A DNA stretch of 64,000 nucleotides from Octopus sinensis (Eukaryota): assembly GCF_006345805.1 (NCBI RefSeq), contig NC_043011.1, forward strand, positions 50,108,464-50,172,463, given 5' to 3'. The notes beneath the pieces are model-generated. The model had not been told where the DNA came from and made no database searches. It was given only the letters and a program-made list of their open reading frames with translations. Every line of letters begins with the position of its first letter. Positions within the stretch are counted from its first letter, which is position 1. Of this stretch, positions 11,440 through 24,989 are shown in pieces. A program made the position numbers and the translations under genes.

Positions 11440-11685
11440 GTGTTCCTTTACGAGCCACGCCTGGCTGATAAGGGCCGGTTTCCCGGTTTCCTTGGCGCAT
11501 AGGTTCCCCACCTGGACGGGACGCCGGTTCGTCGCAAGATGCAGAAGGAAAGAGTGAGAGAAAGTTGTGGCGAAAGAGTCAGCAGAAGTTCGCCATTACT
11601 TTCTGCCGGAGCCGCGTGGAGCTTAGGTGTTTCACTAATAAACACACACATCGCCCGGTCTGAGATTCGAACCCGCGATCCCTCG
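11440..11685 (-). mobile_element. SINE family B (tRNA-like head), tail type 1
   Basis: GATCGCGGGTTCGAATCTCAGACCGGGCG head, then GCTCCACGCGGCTCCGGCAG body. Tail shared with the copy at 51955. Confidence 0.8.
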
Positions 11686-12188
11686 ATGTTAGTGAATAGA
11701 TAGGGATGAATTATACAGGCTGCTACTGTACGCGCACTCAGTTATAGTTCAGCTTATGTTCAACTGCATCAAGTTGTAAGGAGGACCTAGGATGATATAA
11801 GGCAAGCAATCCTAATGAATTTCATCCAGTAGGGAAATACTGGGTTCGCTTCGCTGGATTATAAATATTTTACTGAGTGCATATCCAAGATAATTACAGT
11901 GAATATGGAGCTTAATACAGTTGACTAGTTGTTTTTTTTCTCTACAATCAATTATACAGCATATTCGATTTATGTGTGTGCGACTCAGGCCAGTGGATGG
12001 ACCATACATAATGTTGCATAGTATAATGACCAGTCGAATGTACCTGAACGCAAATGCAATTGCGAGATGGTTATACTGCAGAAACATGCATCGGACACAT
12101 TTAAATTAAATATGCTGTATAATTGTAATTGACTGTAGGAATAGAAAATAATAAGTAAACATACCTATCTCCATTTTCATCGTAATTG

Positions 12189-12272
<84 letters not shown>

Positions 12273-12299
12273 TATATACATACATATATATATATATAC

Positions 12300-12339
<40 letters not shown>

Positions 12340-13191
12340 GAGAGAAGAGAAAGAGAGAAAGGAGGGGAGGAGGAGAGAGAAGGGGAGAGATAGGAGTGAT
12401 AGGGAGACAGAGATATACGGAGCAAATAATTCAGGAGAAGATATCATAGACTATTATTATCTTGTGTAACAATTTAAAAATGATAACAGAATCAAAAATT
12501 TAGGCGATTGCAGAACGAAATATGGAATTAAATAGCTGGAGGATTAAAATTAATCAAAAGACATATTAAGTATGTCTACCTGCTCGAAATGATAATCAAA
12601 GCTCTTATTTAAATCACCATTTGGCGATTTAACTAAGAGATTGTGATTTGCAACATATAGACATATTTAGTATGTCGTTCGATAATTACTAATCATTCAG
12701 CAATATATGTATATATATATATATAATATATATATATATTATATATATATATAATATATATATATATATTATATATATATATATATATGAATCATTATGC
12801 ATACTTAAAAAAAGGAAACGAAATTAATTACGTAATTACAGTCTCAGCCGTTTGTGATTATTTGGTAATTCAAGCTTATGAAAGAACGTTTGCATTTATA
12901 TAAATTAATGTATACACAAATGCGAGTTATAAAAATGTTTAATGCACTTATGTTAAAGGTAATTATGAAAGTGTAAAAAGTTGAAAATATTTCGAGGAAA
13001 TTAATAAATGCAGAATGAATATAAAATGAAATAAGCTTATCGTAGGAATAAAAAAAAAAAAAATACTTACATTAGAGGGATAGGCCGAGAGTAGATCCCT
13101 CTATGTGGAATTAAGTAAAACTGAAATTATTATCGAAGATGAACGCTAATCGATATTAATGCGGAAATTAAATTGCAGCTCCGAAAGTCTT

Positions 13192-13229
<38 letters not shown>

Positions 13230-13369
13230 TATTTTAGAAGTGGATTCAGAACAAGAGTAAATGAATATTGATAGCTTATTTAGAGAGGTATAATATGAAT
13301 ATTATACGTGGCGTTCGATCATATAATAATATAAATGATATATAAATATATGCATATATACAGACATAT

Positions 13370-13590
13370 ATGTACATACCTACATCTATATGTATATATA
13401 TACATGCATATATGGATACAGGGCATCAAAAATACGTTGAACACAATGGGAAACGAAAACATAAAAACAAAAACATGGAGACGAACTATTTTTTAAAACA
13501 ACGAAAAGACAGAGTACAAGACATACAACACAAGGAATATTCCCCTTCTTCATTTATCCCTGTTTCGTCTACTCCGCGTTGCGAAGGTAA
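13370..13590. repeat. Dispersed repeat family D
   Basis: GTACATACCTACATCTA..ACAGAGTACAAGACATACAACACAAGGAATATTCCCC, shared with 14417 and 56835. Confidence 0.75.
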
Positions 13591-13658
13591 GGACAATATA
13601 TATACATACACATACACACACACTCAGATACGCGCGCGCACACGCGCACACACACACA

Positions 13659-13691
<33 letters not shown>

Positions 13692-13694
13692 CCA

Positions 13695-13763
<69 letters not shown>

Positions 13764-14029
13764 TACAAATGCATGATGCATGTCAGGTCGCTCTCGAATG
13801 CTACCGGGTTATGTGACGGCAACTAACCCGGCAACACTAGCGAGCGAGCTTAGTGATGAGAGTGGTTTCTGGAGACCTTGCAGGACGGGAAAAATTGAAA
13901 ACTGTCGAAGGCCGGAGAATCTCATGAGAGATTGCCCGACAGTGTGCATATATGTATCTCAGTTTTTCTCTGATGATATCTTGCGACTTCTGTCTCCATA
14001 TTACATCATTAACTTCATACAGCATGTTG

Positions 14030-14140
14030 TCCAAACGTCAAGTATTGCACCCGTAAAATCTCGAAATGGAAATGTATTGTATACAGGTTTTGATGAAATA
14101 AAAAGAATGTGGACTGAACAGGTCACAGAACGTTTTCATA
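14030..14140 (+). pseudogene. Possible RTE-type LINE ORF relic (endonuclease-RT linker)
   Basis: VKSRNGNVLYTGFDEIKRMWTE resembles the RTE linker motif (IKDKxGxxLT..EIKxRWxE). The match is short. Confidence 0.35.
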
Positions 14141-14232
14141 GTCCATATTTAGAGTATAATCACCTTATTTTGAATTATATGGATAATACTATACTAAATA
14201 CTGGTGCCTTCAACTTAAGTACCATATTCATC

Positions 14233-14280
<48 letters not shown>

Positions 14281-14416
14281 ATATATTATAAAATAAACCA
14301 GCTTAGAAAAGAAGAAGAAACGAAAGGAAACCAAACGAATCGAATCGAATCGACGCGAAGGCGCTCAGTCATACAATAGTGTAATAAATAAAATATATGC
14401 ATACATACAAATATTG

Positions 14417-14800
14417 TACGTACCTACATCTACATGTATATATACATGCATATATATATATATACGTGTGTACAGGACACCACAAATAGACGTAGAACTC
14501 AACGAGAAACGAAAACGTAAAAACAGCATGGAACGGACCATTTTTTTAACAACGAAAAAACAGAGTACAAGACAACTACACAAGGAAAAATCCCCTTCAT
14601 CAGCTGTTCCTAGTTCAACTCCAGCGTGTTTCGAAGGTGAGGACAGAACACGTCTCGTCGAACTAATCCTTCCTGCGAAAGAGTTAAATAAAATTCCTTT
14701 GCAGAGGGGTAAAATCAAGGTAAAAAAATGTGACAAAAACAGGACGTAAAAACAATACAATTAAAAACAAATACAAAATAAAATACAATTACAAAAAATA
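14417..14800. repeat. Dispersed repeat family D (longer, diverged copy)
   Basis: Same motif order as 13370 and 56835; embedded in (TA)n. Confidence 0.7.
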
Positions 14801-14961
14801 CAGTACAAGAAGGAATATATATATACATATATATATGTATGTATGTATGTATATATGTATATATATATATATATTATATATATATAGGATATATATATAT
14901 ATAGGATATATATATATATATTATATATATATATAATATATATATAATATATATATATAAT

Positions 14962-15032
<71 letters not shown>

Positions 15033-15127
15033 GAAATGAAGAAAATGCTGACAAATAATTGAAGTAATTTAAGTAATTAATTAGGTGAAAGTTCTTTTTA
15101 CCGGTTGCGCATTTGTTATGCTTATCA

Positions 15128-15158
<31 letters not shown>

Positions 15159-15175
15159 CTCCCTTTTCTTCTCTT

Positions 15176-15224
<49 letters not shown>

Positions 15225-16146
15225 ATACATGCATGCATGCATTTCCCACACATATATATACACATTTGAGTGCATGTGAACTGGAAGAAGCTTTTAAAAA
15301 ATGTTTATATGCGATATGAGATGACGTATACATTTCTATGTGATTAATAAATATTACTGCAGTTATATGCTCATGCCGTCAATATATATTGGAGGATAAC
15401 TGTGAGCAGTAATTAGGTATTTTGTTAAATTTACAGTGTGAATGGAACTGGGGGTTGGCAAAAGTAAGGGTAACCTGCGAAAGTCTGTATGATAGTAATG
15501 CATGACTAATGAATATGTAGGATTTTATAACTAGTGTTTCATATACCAACATTTTCTAAGAAGGCGAGTGGAAGTCATTGATGGAGCACAATAGGGTTTG
15601 AAACAGCAAAAAAACGAAGATGATGGTAAAATGTTCGTAAATTAATATAAGAAAAAAAGAAAGAGGAGGATACAGAATATATAAAACGTAAAATGAAAAT
15701 GCAACTAAAATTTTGAAATATATATATATATATAATAGAAATATGTATGTTACAAGAAGAAAATAGAAACTACACGTGGAAATGTAAGGGGAATGTAAGA
15801 AGAAAAATAAGCGAAAATGCGCATTGGAAATCAAAAAAGTAAAGCCCTTTTATGAAAAGTAACGATAGATATATACAATTAGATGGACTGAGGTAGGGAT
15901 AAAAGTAATAAAAGTCATTATTGTGAATTGTTAGAGAGATTCAAAAGCAACGGTCCCGAGGATTAGATCCGGTTCCTGAGCCATTCGCGGTTTCACCATT
16001 CGTTTACGGCATGAACTTACATTTGCATGGTTTAAGCTTTGAGAAAAGCATATGACTACCGGCAGGATATATATATATATATATATATATATATTTCATT
16101 TCATTTCATCTAGTATATATGCCTGTATATATATATACATACGAAC

Positions 16147-16187
<41 letters not shown>

Positions 16188-16188
16188 G

Positions 16189-16229
<41 letters not shown>

Positions 16230-16578
16230 CAGTTTCGTCCGAAAGTCACCCTACAGTAAATCAAAATTCCATAAATACTATTTGTAATTCTGTATTGACT
16301 CGAATGGAAAAATGTGTCGCTGAAGAGTTCAGGAACCACTGTGGTAACTACACACAGGTGTGGAGTGTTAAGTTGGAGGTTATAACAACCGTCTAAGGAT
16401 ACTTGTATCCAGTGAATCAACTGGCGTATTACCTATATTTGATCATGAACATTGGTATTAATTCCTATAAATGATTGGTAATGACAAGAATAAACCGAAG
16501 TTTATAAATATTCAAGGAAAACAGAAAATGGAAATAAAATTGATGAATAACAATCGATTTACACCAATTATTATTTAT

Positions 16579-16845
16579 TATTCTCTTGTGTCTGGGGAGA
16601 GTCATTTTCTTTATGTGCCTTGTAATGTAACACACTCACCGGTGAAATTTCCAGTTATTTCTTATTTTTATTTTCCTAAAATTTTCGTTGCATCTTGCAA
16701 CCATTTCAATAGTCTTGACTCAAGACTATCGAAAAGGTTGCAAGACGCAAGGAAAATTTTAAGAAAATGAAAACAAGTGGAAATTTTACCGGTGAGTGTG
16801 TTACATTATAAGGCACAAAAAGAAAATGGATCTCACAACAGAATA
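16579..16845. repeat. Near-perfect fold-back palindrome (MITE-like)
   Basis: Arms of about 130 bp centred on ATAGTCTTG-ACT-CAAGACTAT at about 16719. Confidence 0.8.
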
Positions 16846-16929
16846 TGCTTCAACACACCAACTCATATAAAGAATCTTGCAAACCAAATCCAAGAACGAA
16901 ATATCATTTATTAATTAATTACAAAAAGA

Positions 16930-17070
16930 TGTAGCGGTTAGGCAAAAGAAAGCGATAGAATAAGTACTATGCTTACAAAGAATAAGTCCTTGAGTCGATT
17001 TGTTCGACGACAGGTGGTGCTCCAGCATGGCCGCAGTCAAATGACTGAAACAAATAAGAGAATAAAAAGA
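16930..17070 (+). mobile_element. SINE family A 3' fragment
   Basis: GCGGTTAGGCAAAAG..GGTGCTCCAGCATGGCCGCAGTCAAATGACTGAAAC. Confidence 0.8.
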
Positions 17071-17559
17071 GACAAGTAGAACATGTATCAAACTTTAAAA
17101 TATATAAGAACAGAATCGATCCGTTCACCTAAAACCCAGCAAGGCCGAGGGCCAATGAAGGAAGCAAGCAAAAGTTAGAACATGAAAGATTGCAGAAATG
17201 CAATGGACAAAGGGGACATATAGATAAATGTTGGGGTTTTTTTTTATGAGAGATAAGAGAAATGGATGAGAGTTGAGATCGACCAAATAGCATGTAGCTT
17301 TCATAGTGCATTAAAATATCTAAAAGGCAGGAATATATATCTTACTGATTTCAGATTGATTATTTATTCACGATGAGGCTATAAACTAAGTAACGGCATA
17401 TCGTACATATGCAAATTAATGTTCCACTCGGCGATTTCAGGGATGAGTAAATGAAGAAACTTTATTGGGATCTAGAAAAATAATCGATAAACGAAACAAA
17501 AGTAAGCACATGTCTTTCAGACTGACCGGAATGGAATGAATGGATTAGATGTCTTCATA

Positions 17560-17925
17560 GTACTTGTAAATTAGGACTTAGAAAACTGGGTATTTTTGAA
17601 TTTTAGGATTTGAAGGACAGCGGGAAAAATAATGATAACAATCACTGTATCTCAAAGCAAATTTTCAGAAACGATACGATGGTATTCTTTTTTATGCTTA
17701 GCCTCGAAAGCTATCAATCAAGTTTGAATGGAGCTAAAATTCGAGTTTTCTCATTCGCAGGTATTGGCGCTGACTACGAACTTTTAATAATGACAATACA
17801 ATTGAAGCTCAAATTAAACATGCAGGAATAAACGGAAGATCCAAATGCATGAATAAAATAAGATCTTGAAATCTTTGAAGACCTTGAAATAACAGCTGAA
17901 TTTAAGAAGAGACGGAAAGAGAATT
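17560..17925 (+). pseudogene. Degenerate RTE-type LINE AP-endonuclease C-terminal relic
   Basis: SSLNGAKIRVFSFAGIGADYELLIMTIQLKLK resembles the RTE motif ..RTFPGADIGSDHxLxxxxxKLKLK. Confidence 0.55.
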
Positions 17926-17933
17926 AGCATACT

Positions 17934-18304
17934 CTCTTTTCTCTCTTTTACTTGTTTCAGTCATTTGAACGCGGCCATGCTGGAGCACCGCCTTTTAGTC
18001 GAGCAAATCGACCCCGGAACTTATTCTTTGTAAGCCCAGTACTTATTCTATCGGTCTCTTTTGCCGAACCGCTAAGTGACGGGGACGTAAACACACCAGG
18101 GGTACACACACATACACACACATATATATATATACATATATACGACAGGCTTCTTTCAGTTTCCGTCTACCAAATCCACTCACAGGGCATTGGTTGGCCC
18201 GGGGCTATAGCAGAAGACACTTGCCCAAGGTGCCACGCAGTGGGACTGAACCCGGAACCATGTGGTTGGTTAGCAAGCTACTTACCACACAGCCACTCCT
18301 GCGC
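17934..18304 (-). mobile_element. SINE family A, near full length
   Basis: Head and tail both present, with a partial internal deletion. Confidence 0.9.
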
Positions 18305-18374
18305 CTGTATTGTTATTGTCATTATTATTATTGTTCTTGTTGTCGTTGATATTATTGTGGTTGTTGTTGTTGCC

Positions 18375-18745
18375 TTTGCACAGCTTCTAACGCTGGAGAT
18401 GTACTACAGTGTCAGCTGTTCACTACCAGTGAATTAAGGTAACACCTCTTATTTTTCGAGCACCTTCCGGAGTATTCGAGCTGTGCCAAGCAGTGATATT
18501 TTCTGCAAGTGCTCCACCCTTATTGCAGCCCCTATTTGTTCCACATACTTCTCGAGATTTTTTCTCAATATTCCCAGGGCTCCGACAATTATTGATATTA
18601 CTGCTACCTATTTCATCGACGACAACTGCTTAACTTCCCAAGCTAACCTGTCATATCTCTCGACTTTTCTTTCTTCCTTATCGCATACCTTGTTGTCAGC
18701 TGGGCACGCTATATTTATGATCCAGCATAGTTTGTTTACTTTTTC
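18375..18745 (-). mobile_element. R4/Dong-type LINE 3' fragment (restriction-like endonuclease C-terminus)
   Basis: Minus frame 18745-18449 reads CWIINIACPADNKVCDKEERKVERYDRLAWE...*..IIVGALG...LQKISLLGTARILRKVLEK*. Flanked by AAT/AAC repeats. Confidence 0.8.
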
Positions 18746-18755
18746 ATTATTATTA

Positions 18756-18807
<52 letters not shown>

Positions 18808-18971
18808 CATCATTATTATTATCATCATTATTATAATCATCATCATTATTATCATCATCATTATTATCATCATCATTATTATTATTATCATAATTATCAT
18901 TATTATTATTATTATTATTATCATCATCATCATCATCATTATTATTATTATTATTATTATCATCATCATCA

Positions 18972-19025
<54 letters not shown>
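18746..19025. repeat. (ATT)n/(ATC)n microsatellite
   Basis: Direct reading. Confidence 0.95.
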
Positions 19026-19026
<1 letters not shown>

Positions 19027-19520
19027 ATAAGTACTAGTTATGCACTGGGGTCGCTGTAATCGATTTAGTACCTTTGTCTGTCCTTGTTTGTCACCTCTGT
19101 GTTTAGCCCCTTGTGGGCAATAAAGTAATAAATTTGTTCAAGATAAATGTGGCGACTTCCTAAACAAACAAACAAACACAGTCAGTGACAAACGGACTAA
19201 ATACAACGAGAAGGAATTTTAAAATCAGAGATCAGAGATTTGTAGTAAATATTTTGAATGAACAAATGCAGGAAATTTTATTTACTATACATACACAGTG
19301 ATAGAAGTATAAATGTTACACAAGGAAGTACGAAGCTGAAATATAATAAATCATCTTAAAGAAATAATATAAATAGGGAATGGTGAAAGCAGGAAAATAA
19401 ATTGGTAGAATTTTAGAGATAGACTGTAAATTTATAATAATCGTTTATGGTGTAGACAATGGCATAGACAGCTTTCAAAGATGGGAACCACTAAATACGA
19501 AACTAGAAACAATGTCATAA

Positions 19521-19745
19521 GGCGGCGAGCTGGCAGAAGTGTTAGCATGCCGGGCGAAATGCTTAGCCGTATTTCGTCTGCCGTTGCGTTCTGAGTTCAA
19601 ATTCCACCAAGGTCGACTTTGCCTTTCATCCTTTCGGGGCCAATTAAATAAGTACTGGGGTCGATACAATTGACTTAATCAAACTGTCTGTCCTTGTTTG
19701 TCCTCTCTGTGTTTAGCCCCTTGTGGGCAATAAAGAAATAAGAAA
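19521..19745 (+). mobile_element. SINE family C, full length, Tx1-like tail
   Basis: GGCGGCGAGCTGGCAGAA head, GAGTTCAAATTCC box B, tail TGTGTTTAGCCCCTTGTGGGCAATAAAGAAA. A second tail copy lies at about 19030-19130. Confidence 0.85.
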
Positions 19746-21739
19746 CACTATCATATGCTCAGGAACAGGGGGTGCAGAGAATGCAAGCGCATCTCCTAAT
19801 ATTTGGAGTGAGGGTTCAAAATCGAAATGTCCATCCCTTCTAACTTTCCTCAGATTTAGAAGACAGTGCACAAAAAGGGATCTGTAAAATATAGCTTGAA
19901 GTTAGGTTTCTTCTCAAACAACAAAAAGTGAAAATAAATTTTGAAAAACAGCAATCGGGTCTTTGTAGAAATTTTCAAAACTTGGTTTGCGCGCCCCCTA
20001 AGCAAATTTTGTTCCCGATACAGTGAACATTGTTGTATCATGACTATGATCCCAGAAGGCGGCAGCAGCATGGTGAATCGTGATTTTCACAAATAGAGCA
20101 TCGGAAGAAATGATTTACGGAAATTCTTCTGGATCTTTACATTGAATTCAAATTCTGTTGCGGTCGACTTCGCATTTAATAATTTCAGAGTCGATAAAAT
20201 AAGACCCAACTGAGCACTGGGATCAAATAACTGACCTACTTTCCCAAAATTACTGACATGTGTCAACATTTGAAACAGTTAATATTCCAACAGAATAATT
20301 ATCGTGACCCATGCCACAACTTTATTGCTCCCACCCCAAAATTTGTGGGGTAAATGGTACCATGGCTTACTGTGAAAAAATACCGTAACGTTTGAACAAC
20401 AGATGAGAAAGGTGAGCTGACAAAATCGCTACTGTCTCGGTCAAAGTGCTTAGCAGTGTTTCTTCCGGTTTTACATTTTGACTTCAATACCACTGAGGTC
20501 ACTTTCGAGGTCTATAAACTAAGTACCAGCCCAGTACGAGTAGGCCTCTTTTCCAAAATCTCAAAACTTACCTACTAGAAAGGATTGTATGAATATATAA
20601 AATGTCTGGTTTTGCTTGATAATTCGCTATGTTACTAAGATTTCATTAACAGGTTTTGCTGTCGGGCGAGTGATTTTTTCACCAATATTTGCTTTTGTTG
20701 TCATACAAGGACGTGTCTGACAATTAATGTTTTTAATATCCTTTAGCACGCACAATGACTTAAGCTATTAAGTCTTTCGAAAGAAATATCGAACCATTAA
20801 GTCCCAGAGTACTTAAATTTCTGAATATTACTTTTAAATTTTCACAGATGATTGAAAATAGGTTAAAAGAAAAAAAAATCAATTATGAAAACTCCTTCAC
20901 TTCACGTAGAAAAGGAAATAAACGGTGGCCCATAAATAGGACACTCAGGAATATGATATAGCTTATTTGATGTTTTCATTTAGTGTCCTATTTAGAGAAC
21001 ACTGGGACTTAATGGGTAAAAGTACGCGGTTGACAGATCATTAATTATCATTTCAGGGGTTATATTAATTTCATGGAAGAAAATTAAGTAGTGTGAGATG
21101 TCACAACACATACTGATACAATAGCTAGAAGATATGGAATAGAAATTAGTGTAGAAAGTAAGTCAAATTTAAGAATTAGTAATAAACAAACTAGAATTAA
21201 TCAACCGACTGGAATAGCAGGGAAAGAACTCAGACATTAACAGATGTGAGAGCAGTCAAAGAAGAGAAATTCCGGATAACATCGGCTACAACTTTTTTTC
21301 GTAAAATTTCAGTATTTTTGCGGCAAATGGACACAGCCGTTAGAGCGTCGGAGAGAATGCCGTGCGGTAGTTATTCTGACATTTTGTGCTCTGAGTTCAG
21401 ATCCCGCCGAGATAAATTTTACCTTCTCATCTTTTGGGTTCATAAAAATATAGTGTCAAGTGGCAGATGTGTAAAACAGTTGGACCGGACGCTTTGCGCT
21501 ATTTGTTCCCGCTTTCTTAACCCTAGTTTCAAATTCTAAAATGACCCCAAATCCTCCATTTTACCACTAACAAGCAGATAATTTGGGAGTGCTGAGTGTG
21601 TATTTTTGTGCATATTTGTGTGTTTTCACGGTCGTTAGTATCTTTGTAACTTTGACTATATTATTCGACGTATTTTCTATTTTCTAAGACACTGCGGTGT
21701 GATTTGAATGAGATGCGCCAGAATAAAGTACTGTGAAGA

Positions 21740-21939
21740 ACGAATTTGTACGTAGTCGGTTTCTGAGAGCTATTCTATTGGACTTCTGTCTAATCATTAA
21801 AACATTGATTTAATTATGAACATAGAAAGAAATTGTACATTAATCCCTATTTTTGTAAGCAACTGCATCCGTAAAAATTTTAGTTTTTCAGAGAGCAGAA
21901 ACTGAAAGAAGATATATGAAATGGACGTATGTGTGTGCA

Positions 21940-21974
<35 letters not shown>

Positions 21975-22400
21975 GCGTGTGCGTGCTTGCGCGTGTGTAT
22001 GTGAGAGAAAAAGGGTGTGAGAAAGAGAGTTAGAGTGAGTGAGTGAGTGAGTGAGTGAAGGTGTGTGTCGTGATGATTCACGTATTTGTACGTAGGATGT
22101 TTCTGAGAGCTATTCTATTGGACCTCTGTCCAATCACTAAAACATTAATTTAATTATGAACGTAGAAAGAAATTATGCATAATCCCTATTTTCGTAAGCA
22201 GTTTTATCCAGAAAAAAATGTTATTTCCAGCGAGCAGAAATTGAAAGAAGATATCTGAAACGGACGTGTGTGTGTGTCTATGGGTGTATGCGTGTGCGCG
22301 TGCTTGCGCGTGTGTATGTGAAAGAGAAAGAGGGTGAGAAAGAGAGATACAGTGAGTGAGTGAGTGAGTAACGGTATGTGTCGTGATGATTGACGTCTTT
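21740..22400. repeat. Tandem duplication of a 340-bp unit
   Basis: TTTGTACGTAG..TTCTGAGAGCTATTCTATTGGAC at about 21745 and 22085; both copies contain (GT)n and (GAGT)n. Confidence 0.85.
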
Positions 22401-23003
22401 TAAGATACATACACATACATAGAAAATGTGAGGTCATTGTATAAAATCTTTACGGTAATTGATTAATGGAAAAGGTTATGTTAAATTTTTGACATGCAAA
22501 TACGTGAATGAAAATTAAGTTCATACCTCTGCAATGGTAGTTAGACCTGGTACAAATAGCAGCCAAATCTCCCTCAAAACATCCGACAATTCTGCCTATT
22601 AAGTAGTTTGAATGAGAAACTGTAACTATAGATTTAAGATTATTAACCCCACAAAGAGGTGAAAGAAGAGAGACAGCAGAGCGGAAGTTTTGGCTGATTG
22701 TCATCCTGTAGTCCCCTTGTTGCTAGCGAAATTGTATATGCCGGCTGTGTGAGCAACTGGTTGTTTTAATGGCGGAACAAACAGGGGAATTCCATTAGAA
22801 AAGTTTTAAGCAATTTTCTCGGTAACTATGGGGCCTAGGAAAAAATACAAACCGCATTCCAATCTATGCACGCGTCTCCACAGGTGTGTCATTTTTCACG
22901 CTAATCCACCCAGCCGTTTGACTGTGAACCTCAAGACAAGAAAGAATAAAACGATCGGCCAAGTCCAATTCATATTATAGAAAAATACACACACACACAT
23001 ATC

Positions 23004-23052
<49 letters not shown>

Positions 23053-23123
23053 TAACCGAGATATAGATATAGAGGTATGTATATATAGATATACAGGTTT
23101 ATATATAGATATAAATATACAAG

Positions 23124-23161
<38 letters not shown>

Positions 23162-23816
23162 CTCTCTCACTTGTGTGTGTAATATAATTATATAAATTTA
23201 TATATGAAGTTAAGCGTGTATAACGTACACACACACACATACACCTATATATATGTGTGTATGTATGTTCGTGCGTGTGTGTGTGTGTGTATGTATTTAT
23301 GTACGTATATGCATTTGTGTATACGTAGAAATGAACGAATATAAGGCCTATTAAAAAACAATATATTCTCGTAAATAAAATATATTTGCAGTTAGCTTCT
23401 TCCTTTCTGTTTCTCAATCAATTCACTGTCTGTCTTTTTCCCCGTCAGTTAAACCGCCATTACTTGAATAGAACAAAGTTAACCTTTTCTTTAAGAGCAG
23501 AACAATGAATATGACACACTCTTATTGATGTATGCATTTATTAATATATATATATATTAGTGTGTACAACTATCTTTCTGTGTGTATATGGTTGTATGTG
23601 TGTTGTATATATGTTAATATATGTGTTTGTGTGTGGGGGTTTGTGTGTGTGTGTGTTTGCATTTGCGGTCGATTGGGCAGACGTTTTCCCGTAGGTCTGC
23701 GTGTTCTTTATGTATGTATCTGTCTGAGTTAGTATGCTCGGCGGTGTTTTGTATATTTGTATATACGTGTGGTCCTGTGTGCATGTGTTCCTATGCGTCC
23801 ATATTTTTTTTTTAGA

Positions 23817-24193
23817 AGCACTCCGTCGGTTTCGACGGCGAGGGTTCCAGTTGATCCGAATCAACGGAACAGCCTGCTCGTGAAATTAACGTGTAAGTGG
23901 CTGAGCACTCCACAGACACGTGTACCCTTAACGTAGTTCTCGAGGATATTCAGCGTGACACAGAGAGTGACAAGGCCGGCTCTTTGAAATACAGGTACAA
24001 CAGAAACAGGAAGCAAGAGTGAGAGAAAGTTGTGGTGAAAGAGTACAGCAGGGATCACCACCATCCCCTGCCGGAGCCTCGTGGAGCTTTAGGTGTTTTC
24101 GCTCAATAAACACTCACAACGCCCGGTCTGGGAATCGAAACCGCGATCTTATGACTGCGAGTCCGCTGCCCTAACCACTGGGCCATTGCGCCT
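23817..24193 (-). mobile_element. SINE family B, full length, tail type 2
   Basis: GGCGCAATGGCCCAGTGGTTAGGGCAGCGGACTCGC..GGTTTCGATTCCC tRNA-like head. Tail shared with 8532-8845. Confidence 0.9.
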
Positions 24194-24989
24194 CCACATA
24201 TGCGTCCATATATTTGTTTGTGAATGTGATATGCTTTTTTGTATCACTATGTACATGTGCGTGTGTGTGTGTGTGTGTTAGTGTGTGTGTTTGTGTGTGC
24301 GGGCATGAGTGTTTCTGTGTACTTTTATTCAATTTGGATGCATATTTGTGAGGCATGTCGGTTACGTTCTGTTACCTTGTGCGAATGTGCATGTGTGTGT
24401 ATATTTATGTGCCCGTATACACGTGTGTGCGTCTTTGTGTGTGTGTTAATATATTAATGTATGTGTGTGTCTATAACAAGTTAAAAGTTCGATTTCGGGC
24501 TTCTTTCTGCTCACATAATGACGACACGGGTTCAAAATCTACTCAGGACCATAAAATTTAACATCCCTTACATAACCGCGATTTAGAGATTTCGTGTGAA
24601 GATAAACTCCTTCTTAGAGTGACCACCCCTACTAAAATGTTACATAACTGCAGCTACACATCGGAAACCATTGAAGAAATATCTACGTGGCGTGTTCACT
24701 TTTAACACAGTCATAGACCTTATGTACACGAACGGGTGGAAAGTGACACTGAATACTGTAGTCCCAGATACACTTTGAAAAACTAAATCAAGAGGACCAC
24801 AATTACATCATCGATCGGGTTCAATCACGATTGACCTATGGTCAAACAACAGAAACAGTAAAAATGAAAAGAAAAAAGAGAGAAGGAAAGCAAGTATAGC
24901 GGCAGTGAGTTTCGAAACCCTGTTTCCAGTATGTGTGGATAAGTTAGTCTGAAATGTTAAGATGAATTAAAGCCACGGCTTTAACTCCT

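Noticed and set aside
13780-14235. 151-aa ORF as a host gene
   Set aside because: Only a short RTE-linker-like stretch is recognisable, and it is bounded by microsatellites.
14580-14680. Permuted hammerhead in family D (CTGATGA/CTGAAGA and GAAAC on the minus strand; also 13540, 57000 and the 725-1038 repeat)
   Set aside because: Core words are present but I could not close helices I and III or find a UH site in register. Worth re-testing only on a family consensus.
23817-24193. tRNA gene calls for SINE heads (also 8532, 51955, 53138, 60525)
   Set aside because: A and B boxes are present but there is no complete acceptor stem, and the heads are fused to repeat bodies.
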